A stretch of DNA of 56,625 nucleotides, filler included, from Barthelona sp. PAP020 (taxonomy: Eukaryota), in the NCBI GenBank assembly GCA_040182905.1. It is 3 parts of 3 records of this genome, joined end to end, with 100 filler letters (N's around TTAATTAATTAA, not from the genome) between each part and the next. Parts side by side here need not be neighbours in the genome. Positions count along the whole stretch, not along the records: positions 37,858 to 56,625 come from JARQWU010000221.1; 2 more parts are not named here. One strand, given 5' to 3'. The stretch's first letter is position 1; every line of letters begins with the position of its first letter. The notes below the pieces were generated by a model. The model did no database searches and had not been told where the DNA came from. It was given only the letters and a program-made list of their open reading frames with translations. This document shows positions 44,411 through 54,443 of this stretch, piece after piece. Made by a program: the position numbers and the translations under genes.

Positions 44411-46048
44411 TTACAGTCTTTTTGATAATAATATGGATTCACGTGTATCATCGGGTAAATATGAAAGAATAACTTCATAATGCTTTTCTAATGCATTAAT
44501 CATGTCAACATCTGAACTATCAATGGTCTTCAACAATTTTTGAATCTGCACAACAACTTGAACCAGTTTTATTTCACTCAATGTAGACATAAAACCAGAA
44601 ATATCAGTCTTTATGATATTCATTCTATGCTGTTCATATATCATTTCTTTTGTTATCAGTTTTGATTGAAGTTCCAAAATTTTTGCAAAGTTTATCCCAT
44701 CACAAAACATTTTATAAATTTTTTTAAGATTTTTCCAGCTTATTCCAGCTTCAAAGCCATTTTTATAATTCTTTTCTAAATATGTGTTGAACTGTTTTTC
44801 AGAGAAGCTTGTTGCACTAGGAGGCGATGAAAAAAACAACTCCGGTTTAGCATTGGGTTTTGGCAACTCAAAACAATGACCAAAAGGTTTCAAAAATTTT
44901 CGCATAAAATTACTGAAAGAACTTCTTAATAGCCTCTCTGCTGTACTTGGACTGTGTAATAACAATCTATTTATCTCTGCAATTAAACTCTTATCCGGAT
45001 TCAAAGTGGGTCTATAGGTTGACACCAAAACTGCTTCCGATAACAAGGGTCCCTTCGGATTATCAGGTGGAGATAAATACAAAACATGACTGAACCATTC
45101 AGCAAGCATTACATTTGAACACCCATACAATCCTTGTTGAAAAGAAATCGTTGGATCATGAAACAAAGTAGAACCAGCAGTAACGAAGGGCTTGAGAATA
45201 CCTGGAAATGGTAAAGGCTGTAACAACTCCGAAAGCAGAATAACCACATTGCTTACATATTCTGGAGAGTTTCCAACAACTAAGATGGGCTGATTTGTTA
45301 ACAAAAGCTCAAAAATAAACCATAGATGATTAATAACAGAAAAAATTGAAGGAAACATGGATATTCCACTTAAAACCCCTACATTCAATCGACAAAGTCT
45401 TTGAAAATTGGAACCAAATACTGAACATGTTGAAATCATTGAAGTGAACCCAAAAGAAATGGGTAATTCAGTTGGATTCGTGATAAAAACATCATTGACT
45501 CTTTTGGTATTTATTTCAAAAGCCTTGGCAAATACAGGCAGAATAACTTTTGACGTATCATATAAAGCATCGGGTGATGGCCATTCAGATACCATTAAAG
45601 CAAAATTCTCCAATAGAAAACGATAATCAATGTCCTTTTCTTCCCAAAAGATCTTTCCAAAAAAAGTGACAATTTTTAAAAATTCAGGAAGAAAAGGTAA
45701 AGCAGACAACATTACAATGGATTTTTGATCGTATCCTCTTGGTCTTTTGGGATTTGCTTCTTGATGATGATAAATATATGCAAAGTGTTCAACATTTTCT
45801 CCAACATGACTTAAAGATAAACAAAATTTTGTAAAAAAAGTGGTATCAGACAAATTATCCATGACACTGGAAGGTGGAAATGAATCTTGGGCAATCGTTA
45901 ATTCATCAGACTCACTAATAGAATTATAAGGAAACGATTCTTTGACAATTTGACCAATATCTACATCAAAATCAACAACACACAAAACAGATATCCATTT
46001 GGAAAATGATTCAATGGAGATTCCTATATTATCTTCATCGAAATGCAT
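44411..46048 (-). CDS. DENND6: DENN-domain Rab GEF, DENND6/FAM116-like
   Basis: CVVDFDVDIGQ, SFPPS, RPRGYDQKSIVMLSALPF, LWFIFELLLTNQPILV and KPFVT motifs. Confidence 0.85.
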   Translation of the reverse strand: MHFDEDNIGISIESFSKWISVLCVVDFDVDIGQIVKESFPYNSISESDELTIAQDSFPPSSVMDNLSDTTFFTKFCLSLSHVGENVEHFAYIYHHQEANPKRPRGYDQKSIVMLSALPFLPEFLKIVTFFGKIFWEEKDIDYRFLLENFALMVSEWPSPDALYDTSKVILPVFAKAFEINTKRVNDVFITNPTELPISFGFTSMISTCSVFGSNFQRLCRLNVGVLSGISMFPSIFSVINHLWFIFELLLTNQPILVVGNSPEYVSNVVILLSELLQPLPFPGILKPFVTAGSTLFHDPTISFQQGLYGCSNVMLAEWFSHVLYLSPPDNPKGPLLSEAVLVSTYRPTLNPDKSLIAEINRLLLHSPSTAERLLRSSFSNFMRKFLKPFGHCFELPKPNAKPELFFSSPPSATSFSEKQFNTYLEKNYKNGFEAGISWKNLKKIYKMFCDGINFAKILELQSKLITKEMIYEQHRMNIIKTDISGFMSTLSEIKLVQVVVQIQKLLKTIDSSDVDMINALEKHYEVILSYLPDDTRESILLSKRL

Positions 46049-46400
46049 TCAATATATATTTAATACAATGTGTTTAATTGTAATCGAAAAATGAAAGCAA
46101 ATGATTTTTTTTTGGTTTTATATCTTTCAATAAATTTGATTTTACTTTTTTTTTAACATGAATTACAATGATTTAGCTGATTAATAAACAAAAAAAAAAA
46201 GAGTTGTTTACAACTGAAATTTTCCATTCCTATTTTCTCCAGTCATTGCATTGTCAACCATAAATTATTGATATTGATAAAGAAAAATTTCAAAATATTT
46301 GTTTCTCTTGCAATGTAAATTTCTAAAAATACTTGTTTTGCTGAGGAACACTGAATCTCTCAATATGAATAGAAAGGAACGCTTTATAAGATTTGATCTA

Positions 46401-46625
46401 GCTTTTTGAGCAGTGCACAAATACACTAAGATTTAGACAAAAAAAAACGTCAAAAAGCGGTATTCTCATCTTTCAGTATTCTTTTAATGCCCTGACCCAT
46501 ATTTCTTGATGAAAAGTGCTTATATGATTCTTTTCCATCTTATATTTTTTTGGAAAATTTTTATACAAGCATTCATCAAGAAACTATCGTCACAGGCTCA
46601 AAATAATCGAAGATCTCTTGAGAAT
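46401..46625. other. Intergenic segment with nested inverted repeats (candidate structured RNA or foldback element)
   Basis: Stems: 46502-46513/46572-46583 (12 bp perfect), 46517-46521/46567-46571, 46531-46537/46551-46557, 46493-46496/46589-46592, 46462-46468/46619-46625, plus a separate 9-bp stem 46401-46409/46450-46458. Confidence 0.6.
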
Positions 46626-46651
46626 TCTGTTATTTGATACGTAAGCCGTCG

Positions 46652-47869
46652 TTAATCATCATCATCATCATCGGTTTCATCACATTGTTCGTTCACAAAT
46701 GTGCGCATATTACCACCATTAGCTTCATTGAGATCGATCAAATCCCAACAATAATCAACAGATAAAAAATAGTCTTGTTGATTCATGTGAATTCCTGCAC
46801 CCACCAAATTTCGAACTACACGAGCATTTACACCCATATTAATAAGATTGGACAGAACAAATCCTCTATCCTTTGACAATTCAATTAGTTTGTTTTGGTC
46901 TAGCAGATCCCAGAAAAGAACAATTGGAAAAATTTGGATGGTGTTATTATTACATATTCCACATGCTAATTGTCCCTTCAAAAGCGATTTGCAAAGATCA
47001 AAAGCGGTTTCTTTAAGAGTTAATCCAACTTTTTGAATTTTTTCGTATTTTTCAACATCTAATAAAGAAATTGAACCTACTTTTTCAGTACGAGACATAA
47101 CAATTAAAACTTTAGGTGTCAAAAAACATATTTTAGATAAACCTCTGCCCATATGAAAAGAATGAAGAAGTCCCCCATCATCCATGTTCAATAATCTGAT
47201 ATTGTTCGAATAATTTCCGATGGCAATAATTCTTTTGGTTGGATGAAAGTCAACGGTTAAAACATCAGTGTTTTCATTGTATTCACGAATAACAGAGAAA
47301 TTTTCACTATTAATTAGCCTAGTTGTGTGATCGCTACAAGGAATCAAAATGTACTCTCCAGATAATGACAACTTTAATTGCAAAATCCATCTTGAAAGAA
47401 CTTTTGATTTCAAGACAGCAGCATCGTTATTTACATCCCATTTTTTTAGAGTTCCACCATTATCACAAGAATATATATAATTGGAACAGTGGGAAAAACA
47501 AATTCCATAAATTTGATAATCATTATGTAATATTCTTGCAATAGAAAAATCAACGAGTCTGTAAATGATAATGGTTCTATCATTGGAACATGTCGCCATC
47601 AATTGTCCATCTTCTGTGAACGCAATATCAAAAACATGTTGTGTATGATCTTTTAAAGTGCAATGAAGTCTTTCTTTTGCTACATCAATCACATGAGCTT
47701 TGTTATAATCTCCAATTACCAAATATTCACCATTTGGAGAGTACACACAAGCATACAAGTGATCACAATGTACACCATCAATTTCCCTTTTACAACTTTC
47801 ATCAATTTTGAAAGGAAACATATCATAAATACGTTCCCTAATCAATTCTTCAATCGATTTAGAAGACAT
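46652..47869 (-). CDS. WD40-repeat protein with an unrecognised ~90-aa C-terminal domain
   Basis: YSPNGEYL, LKDHTQHVFDIAF, ATCSNDRTIIIY, GTLKKWD and DFHPTKR motifs; acidic tail. Confidence 0.85.
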   Translation of the reverse strand: MSSKSIEELIRERIYDMFPFKIDESCKREIDGVHCDHLYACVYSPNGEYLVIGDYNKAHVIDVAKERLHCTLKDHTQHVFDIAFTEDGQLMATCSNDRTIIIYRLVDFSIARILHNDYQIYGICFSHCSNYIYSCDNGGTLKKWDVNNDAAVLKSKVLSRWILQLKLSLSGEYILIPCSDHTTRLINSENFSVIREYNENTDVLTVDFHPTKRIIAIGNYSNNIRLLNMDDGGLLHSFHMGRGLSKICFLTPKVLIVMSRTEKVGSISLLDVEKYEKIQKVGLTLKETAFDLCKSLLKGQLACGICNNNTIQIFPIVLFWDLLDQNKLIELSKDRGFVLSNLINMGVNARVVRNLVGAGIHMNQQDYFLSVDYCWDLIDLNEANGGNMRTFVNEQCDETDDDDDD

Positions 47870-48154
47870 GTTTAAGATAATATTTGATAGAATATTTGTT
47901 CTTTTAAAAAAAGTAAAAATGCTGATAATACCACATAACTGTTGATATTGAAGTTTTCTTCACATTTTAAAATTCACTATGATGATATAAATCCTATTAT
48001 ATTGTCAATTAAATGGAAAAACTTGCGTTTTTCTTGATATTTCTTTGTTAAATATTTAAAATGAATAAAAAACTTGAAATTTTTGTTTCAATAATATTTA
48101 CAGCTTTGAATTAGCTTGTAATCATTAAAAAAAAAACAAGTCCCAACGTTTTAT

Positions 48155-48739
48155 TTAACAATGTTGTTCATAAATACATTCTGAATTTACTTCAGTTATC
48201 TGAACATCATTTCCAATGCAAAACTTATACTCAAAATGTTTACAATTCTTTGATGGCTTTAAAGGAATTCTTTGGGGAAAAAACTCAGAAATTTTAGGAA
48301 TATCTAATTTTTTTGGTACTTTCAATAAAATAACTATTCCTGTTTCCAGGCAATTGTCAAAAAAATCTTGATTGATAATGAAATACTGAGAAAAAATACT
48401 TTGCATGAATCTTTTTGATTCATCGATATTCATGATTCTTCTAAGTACATGAAAATTATAAGAAAAAATAAATTTGAAAACTTCTGAATATGTTCGAGCG
48501 CTACTTAAAAGCAAAAATTCAACCGTAAATTGTGAACAATTAGAAATAATCAGTGGAATAATGTGATTAATATCATTAAACACTTGAACAAGATCCTGAT
48601 ATCTATCCGATTTATCAAGAAATATGAAAGGTTTTGGAATTTGATATCGAGAATATGCTAAAAATTTAATAATCTCATTGATCATATAAGATAAATCAAT
48701 TGATTCATCTGAAATTTCAACTAGAAACTCATGATTCAT
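48155..48739 (-). CDS. Divergent HORMA-fold protein, p31comet (MAD2L1BP)-like
   Basis: EIIKFLAYSRYQIPKPF resembles the p31comet motif ELLKxxxYxRxQ(I/L)PxP; later LLLSSARTYSE and FFPQRIPLKP are compatible. ATG at 48739. Confidence 0.55.
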   Translation of the reverse strand: MNHEFLVEISDESIDLSYMINEIIKFLAYSRYQIPKPFIFLDKSDRYQDLVQVFNDINHIIPLIISNCSQFTVEFLLLSSARTYSEVFKFIFSYNFHVLRRIMNIDESKRFMQSIFSQYFIINQDFFDNCLETGIVILLKVPKKLDIPKISEFFPQRIPLKPSKNCKHFEYKFCIGNDVQITEVNSECIYEQHC

Positions 48740-48772
48740 CAAAAAAAAAAAAATTGAAAGAAAAAAAACTAA

Positions 48773-50134
48773 TCACGTAATAATTTTATAATGATCGTAT
48801 TCTACACTATTGGCCCTTGTTAACCAACATAATACACTTAATAATACACTTATTAACAAAGAAAATCCAAAAGGAATTAAAAATTGAGACGTTTCAAAAC
48901 CATAATTTCCAAACACATAAGGATAACTATTTATTTGTAAAGATTCAATACTAAACAGCGTATTAACTTCACCAGGAACTGTAAAAGGATCTTCAAATAT
49001 GGTGAAATTTAAATCACCTTCACTGAACTGTGGTAATTGATTGAATACACAATACAATCTGGGCCAATACCTTGAAACATCAATTCCCAAGGTATCAGGC
49101 CAAGTGAAATTTTCACTTTTATAAATGGTAAAACCACTATTGTTAATAATGCTACTGTTTTGCAAAGATGTGAACAAAACTTGTTTACTCATCAGTGCTA
49201 ATAGACCATCACTAGAATCTGTTCGATTTACAAAAACTTTAACATAGGGAGAAATGTCATTTCCTTGACCGTTTGGTGCAATTTTCAATTGGTCATGTAA
49301 AATATCAGTACCAATTGAATAAACAACAGTGCTTGTAAGGGGAGTGAAAAACAATCTCGCAAAATTGGGATCCAGTGCTATTCCATCCACACCAGTCTTC
49401 ATAGGACGATCTTTCCACACCTTCCTACCATTAATATTGATCCAAATGTCCTGTGGGTTGACCATATAATTTCCTCTTAAAACACTCGTCCAAATTTTAT
49501 GTTTCAAATCAAAAACCAAAATTTGTCCTGAATATGGTTCATTGTCATTACCAGAAACAGGTAATCCTGAATCAGAAATATATGCTATATCCTCATGCAT
49601 GTTCACAACTATGTCATTCATAAAATATGCCTTTTTATCATAAACATCTTCAGGAATGTCTAAATTATACAGATATTCCATCGTATTCAAATCAATAACA
49701 ACTAATTTGGGTGGATGAGCTACACCATTTACAATTCCTTGATCCAAGATCCAAATTCTATCTTTTGAATCTATTTCAAACCCTAAAACGGAACATAAAC
49801 CTCCTGCAAGACAATTATTCATTTCAATTGACGGAAAAGGTTTCATTTTAACATATTTATTTAATTCATATGATTCAATCATTCCTAAAGTACTGGGAAT
49901 ATTCGCACTCCAACGAGGAAATGATAAATAAGTATTACCTTTGGAATCAAACTTTATTCCTGCAGGCATAACTTTTTTGTAAATTTCTTTTTCAAAATAT
50001 TCTTTTGTTGTATCAATATCAGTAAATGTGTAATTAACATACCCAAATTGAATAGAATTGGGTAAAGAAAAACAAACAAACGGTTTAAAAAATAATAAAG
50101 CAGTTAAAATTGTAAAAATTGTCATTCGATCCAT
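48773..50134 (-). CDS. Yellow/major royal jelly protein (MRJP)-family beta-propeller with signal peptide and C-terminal TM helix
   Basis: YLSFPRW..IPSTL, PFPS, SVLGFEIDSKDRIWILDQG, PPKLVVIDL, NDIVV..AYISDSG, GVDGIAL and WPDT motifs; hydrophobic N-terminus and FLIPFGFSLLISVLLSVLCWL near the end. Confidence 0.85.
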   Translation of the reverse strand: MDRMTIFTILTALLFFKPFVCFSLPNSIQFGYVNYTFTDIDTTKEYFEKEIYKKVMPAGIKFDSKGNTYLSFPRWSANIPSTLGMIESYELNKYVKMKPFPSIEMNNCLAGGLCSVLGFEIDSKDRIWILDQGIVNGVAHPPKLVVIDLNTMEYLYNLDIPEDVYDKKAYFMNDIVVNMHEDIAYISDSGLPVSGNDNEPYSGQILVFDLKHKIWTSVLRGNYMVNPQDIWININGRKVWKDRPMKTGVDGIALDPNFARLFFTPLTSTVVYSIGTDILHDQLKIAPNGQGNDISPYVKVFVNRTDSSDGLLALMSKQVLFTSLQNSSIINNSGFTIYKSENFTWPDTLGIDVSRYWPRLYCVFNQLPQFSEGDLNFTIFEDPFTVPGEVNTLFSIESLQINSYPYVFGNYGFETSQFLIPFGFSLLISVLLSVLCWLTRANSVEYDHYKIIT

Positions 50135-50222
50135 TTGATTCAATTCAATAGATTATTTAAAATACCAAAAAAAAAAATTAATAAATAAATACACAAAAGA
50201 ACCAAAGAAAAAAAATGAGTTG

Positions 50223-51614
50223 TCATGTTTTATAAAAATAATCAAAATTAAATGAAGTGTTTAACACTTCATTTGAATTTTCCGTTTCCGATAAATTCAT
50301 ATAGCATATCAAAACTCTACTGCTTTTTTGACATGTACTAACTTCAAATTCAGGATAAGTGTTAAAATTATCCTTACAAAGTTCAATTAATTGATTTCTA
50401 TCTGATTTAATTGGTAAAAACCATATGATTTTGTTTGTTTTTTCTTTTATCAAATGAAAGATTTCCAAACAATCAGGGGATAAATCTTCCAATCGTATTT
50501 GTGTTAATTTTTTATAATTTGGACCTCCCCAAGGTGGAGACACAAAAGCTATGTCAAAATTGATTTTTGGATCTTTAAGAATGTTTTGACAATTCTCATG
50601 AAAACATTGAATTTTTTTTGAAACTTTATAAATTTTTGAATTATTTTTAATGCATTTGATTCTAACTTTTTGTAATTCAACCGCTAACACATCGAATCCA
50701 CTTCTTGCAAAGGCTATGGAATTTCCTCCAACACCAGCAAATAAATCAATAACAACACTCCCAGAATGAATGTTAATCTTCTCAGCAATATGCATAGCCA
50801 AAATCTCAGGTGTTATTTCATAGAAAGCTTTGGAGTCAAACATGATCCCTCGGTCAAATTTTTGAAATAAATGATACCTCCTGTTCCACCAACTCCTTAT
50901 GTGGTTTGGAACACATAAACCACTAGCAAACATGCCTCCAACAATCATTTGATTGTTTTCTTCAAAAGATGTTGGTAAAAAAGAGATAAATCCAAGATTA
51001 ACTTTTTTTGAAGGCAGAAGACAAAGTCTACTCTTAGATAGCCTCTTTTCTGTATTATTTGAATCTAAAATCTCATGCTCTTCCAATAGACTAGGAGACC
51101 TTTTCAATGAATCCGAAATAATGACCGAAAAAGACAAAAGCCCAATTATTCGCACCTCAATAATTTGATCATCAACTGATTTATCAACGACTATTGCAAA
51201 TACAGGAGATTTCATTCCAAAATCTTGAAGAAAAACAAGATCATGTTTTTTAAAATGAACTCTTTTTCTTTCATTCGATCTTGTTTTTGGAATAGAATAG
51301 TTAAGTTTTGATAAACCGTTATTTGTAAGTGGTGTAGCCATTTTTTTATAATTAAAAGAATAAGTACCATAATATGAACAAAATTCTTTCCATTTTCTCT
51401 TTGAAAATTTGTCTCCAAAACCACAAAAATTGTGAACTGCTTGTATAAATTCCTCAATACTGTTTTCAAAAAATTCTTTCCGATGATCTTTCAAATACAA
51501 TTCAAAATCACACAGAACGTCAATTATTTCATAATTTTTAGGATATTTAAATGGTAAATCTGTTTCGAATGGATTGTTTGAATTTAATAGGGCTCTTAAA
51601 ATATCATCATTCAT
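50223..51614 (-). CDS. TGS1: Trimethylguanosine synthase (RNA cap hypermethylase)
   Basis: WWNRRYHLFQKFDRGI, YEITPE.LA.HIA, DLFAGVGGNSIAFA and SPPWGGPNY motifs. Confidence 0.92.
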   Translation of the reverse strand: MNDDILRALLNSNNPFETDLPFKYPKNYEIIDVLCDFELYLKDHRKEFFENSIEEFIQAVHNFCGFGDKFSKRKWKEFCSYYGTYSFNYKKMATPLTNNGLSKLNYSIPKTRSNERKRVHFKKHDLVFLQDFGMKSPVFAIVVDKSVDDQIIEVRIIGLLSFSVIISDSLKRSPSLLEEHEILDSNNTEKRLSKSRLCLLPSKKVNLGFISFLPTSFEENNQMIVGGMFASGLCVPNHIRSWWNRRYHLFQKFDRGIMFDSKAFYEITPEILAMHIAEKINIHSGSVVIDLFAGVGGNSIAFARSGFDVLAVELQKVRIKCIKNNSKIYKVSKKIQCFHENCQNILKDPKINFDIAFVSPPWGGPNYKKLTQIRLEDLSPDCLEIFHLIKEKTNKIIWFLPIKSDRNQLIELCKDNFNTYPEFEVSTCQKSSRVLICYMNLSETENSNEVLNTSFNFDYFYKT

Positions 51615-51721
51615 TGCCTAAACATAAAATTAAAAATTTAAAAAAATCAACAATTCATTTATGAATAACAATTGAAAAAAAATGTAACATATTACATATA
51701 ATATGTATCATACACATTTAA

Positions 51722-53524
51722 CTATCTATACAAAGCTTTGTTTCTCAACAAAGTGGATAATATCTTGTTTATTGCAATCAATTCATCTTCTGAACCTGGA
51801 ATACCATCACAGATTTTCTTTGCATGCTCTAAATATTCCAAACTTTTCTCAAAATCACTATCCAATAAACATATAGCCAAATTTTTTAGAGTATCAGCAA
51901 TTATTGGATCAACAGATGTTGTTTTCTTTCCATTAAAGGTTCGTATTTCAAGATCTATTTCTCCGTCTAATTTGATTGATCTTAATAATCCAGTTTCTGA
52001 TTGAACAACAATAGAACCTTGTCCATACATGCTTAATCTTAATTGTAACGCTTGTTGTAAAAGTTTAAGAGCATCAGAAATCCTTCTTCGTTCCAAATAG
52101 ATGCAAGCAATGTTACATAAAACATTACTAAGATTAGTGAATTGAAAATCATTCAGATCCTCATCTTTCTGAATAAAACAATTGAAAGCACTCACATATT
52201 CAACATATGCATTGTCCAAAAAGTTCTGCATTCTGTGAAAATTGCCCAAAAGATTGTGAATTGTGCCTGTTATTGGACTATCTGTTCCATACCTGTTTTT
52301 AGCTCTTGTTAAAAGAGATTGAGCGAGATTTGAAGCTTCTGTAACTCTTCCATTTGTAGCCAATACATTACACATTTCAACAGCTGAATGTAAGGAAGTG
52401 CTTTCATCATTAGCCTCTTTTGATAATGTTTGAGCTTGTTTCAAAATGAACAATTGTAGTTCAACCACATCTTCATATTCATCATTTAATTTTAACAAAA
52501 TTTTTATTTTTTTGAGCAAAGAAATGTTATCTGCTGAGGCAGCATACCTAGCCAATTGCCCAAGAACCAAATGACCTCGACCATGCATGTCTAATAGATT
52601 TCGCATGTCATTATTCTTGACAACAGGCAAATCAACAGATAAAGCAACCTCAATATGATTGAAAATATCTTCAAAATTCTTTGCAGGTGACATTTGCAAT
52701 AAAGTTTCTGCGAGAAGTACATGTGACAGACAGGTATCAACGGTTAAAATGGATTCTAAATTTAGTGACAAAATTTCAATTGCCTGCTTCAAATATCCCA
52801 ACGAAATATAACAATGGGCTATTGCATTGACAAAACAACATTGTTGTTCGAATGTCCCTTCTGCCAAAACTATTGATTTAGCAAGAATTAATTCATCCAA
52901 AGCCTTCATATATTTATAATGGCTTAGATACATTGAACCGATAGACACATGAGTAAGTGCAACAAATATTGAATCCAAACCATATTCTTCTTCTTGAAGC
53001 TCTAATAATTGTTTATACGTATCCAACGCCAAATGAGTTAATCGTTCAAACTCTTGAATTTTTGCAAGTTCTGTTAGTGCATTGATTTTCATTTTTTTGG
53101 TAATATTTTCCTTTGTATTTAATTCGTAAAGTGTTTTCGTTGCTACACCATAATTTTGAAATTCAAAGAGTACTTTTGAATAATTAAGCATGCAATGATG
53201 AGTATAAGGATGTGAATCAGGTAATCCAGGTACACCAAAAACTAAAGAATGACATCTTTGAATCACATCCAATGCAGAATCCCAAAAATTTATTTCAATA
53301 AATAAATCAGACAATATTAAATATATATATATTTCATCTCTTAATTTTATTCCTTCAATTCTCAATAATACTTCAGCTAATTCTGTACATTCATCATATT
53401 TTTGTTCATGAAAAAGATGAAACAATTTTTGCAATTGCTCACCAATATCAATATTTGGTACTATTTTTTTTCTTTGTGAAGGAGTTTTTAAAATAAATGT
53501 TTCATTCATTTGAAAAAAAGGCAT
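51722..53524 (-). CDS. TPR-repeat protein (kinesin-light-chain/NPHP3-like repeats)
   Basis: Repeats such as YGLDSIFVALTHVSIGSMY, YGTDSPITGTIHNLLGNFH and IIADTLKNLA. Start is ATG 53524 or 53509. Confidence 0.78.
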   Translation of the reverse strand: MPFFQMNETFILKTPSQRKKIVPNIDIGEQLQKLFHLFHEQKYDECTELAEVLLRIEGIKLRDEIYIYLILSDLFIEINFWDSALDVIQRCHSLVFGVPGLPDSHPYTHHCMLNYSKVLFEFQNYGVATKTLYELNTKENITKKMKINALTELAKIQEFERLTHLALDTYKQLLELQEEEYGLDSIFVALTHVSIGSMYLSHYKYMKALDELILAKSIVLAEGTFEQQCCFVNAIAHCYISLGYLKQAIEILSLNLESILTVDTCLSHVLLAETLLQMSPAKNFEDIFNHIEVALSVDLPVVKNNDMRNLLDMHGRGHLVLGQLARYAASADNISLLKKIKILLKLNDEYEDVVELQLFILKQAQTLSKEANDESTSLHSAVEMCNVLATNGRVTEASNLAQSLLTRAKNRYGTDSPITGTIHNLLGNFHRMQNFLDNAYVEYVSAFNCFIQKDEDLNDFQFTNLSNVLCNIACIYLERRRISDALKLLQQALQLRLSMYGQGSIVVQSETGLLRSIKLDGEIDLEIRTFNGKKTTSVDPIIADTLKNLAICLLDSDFEKSLEYLEHAKKICDGIPGSEDELIAINKILSTLLRNKALYR

Positions 53525-53579
53525 CCACTTTTTTTTTTCTTTTATCTTTTTCAAACAAGATTAATTGATCAATTAATCA

Positions 53580-54443
53580 ATGGGAGCTATTTTAGAACGA
53601 TTGGGATGGTTGGGAACTGATCCTGGTGAAACATTTTTTCATTTTGAAAATATTCAAAAGTCAAAATCAAAAGAAGTTAACACTTTGGTTTCATCTATTG
53701 AAAATGAACTTACAAAATTGAAAAGATTTAATGAATTTTTACAAACTACCCCTGATTTTAACAGTTTTATTGATTTTACAGAAGAAACTGATAAAATTTT
53801 TCACGTATTTATTGAAACTTGCAGAGAAATCTTTGATTCAATCAATTTTTTGTCTGAAAGTTTTGAAAAATTAGTAGATTTCGGTCTTAATTTCTTTGAA
53901 GTTTTAAATAATGATCTATCCATTATATTAAAAATTTATTGTGAAATTTTACAATTTATTTATTTGTTAAATATTTCATTTTTAGGAAAAGATGATGTTA
54001 TTGTAAATAATTTTACTTTATATCGTAAACGTTTCCCTGATAGTGATATGTTTAGAGATGTAGAATTAATAATGTCTTTTAGTTACAATGAAGCCTTTTT
54101 TAAAATAGCCTTTGAGAATATTACCAATTCAAAACATCGTGAAAATATTTTTGCTTTTAACAAACAATTCATTGAGATATTATCAAGATATTTAATTCAT
54201 GATATGGGTGATTCTCCATCTATTTATCATCTTTTACAAAGAGATGCTTTAGTAGCTTTATTGATTGGATTACATACACAAGGGGTTGCAGTTTTTAAAG
54301 ATTCTGTGGTAGCTACTGAAAGAACTTTAAAAGCTATTGATTTATTTAAAGATAAAGCCACAATACATCATCATATTTGTGTGTTTTGTGATGGTATTGA
54401 AGCGATTGCTGATCCTCATATCAAAGCTTTGCTAATTGATTAA
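53580..54443 (+). CDS. Divergent CYRI/FAM49 (DUF1394) Rac-binding protein
   Basis: N-terminal MG (myristoylation-type); FFHFENIQ ~ FFLDFENAQ, EILQF ~ EILHF, IVNNFTLYRKR ~ IQNDFSYYRR; length is appropriate. Confidence 0.65.
   Translation: MGAILERLGWLGTDPGETFFHFENIQKSKSKEVNTLVSSIENELTKLKRFNEFLQTTPDFNSFIDFTEETDKIFHVFIETCREIFDSINFLSESFEKLVDFGLNFFEVLNNDLSIILKIYCEILQFIYLLNISFLGKDDVIVNNFTLYRKRFPDSDMFRDVELIMSFSYNEAFFKIAFENITNSKHRENIFAFNKQFIEILSRYLIHDMGDSPSIYHLLQRDALVALLIGLHTQGVAVFKDSVVATERTLKAIDLFKDKATIHHHICVFCDGIEAIADPHIKALLID

Noticed and set aside
46490..46498. CCCTGACCC as a telomerase template-like sequence
   Set aside because: It would specify TCAGGG rather than TTAGGG, it is partly sequestered in the predicted stem, and there is no telomere sequence here to compare.
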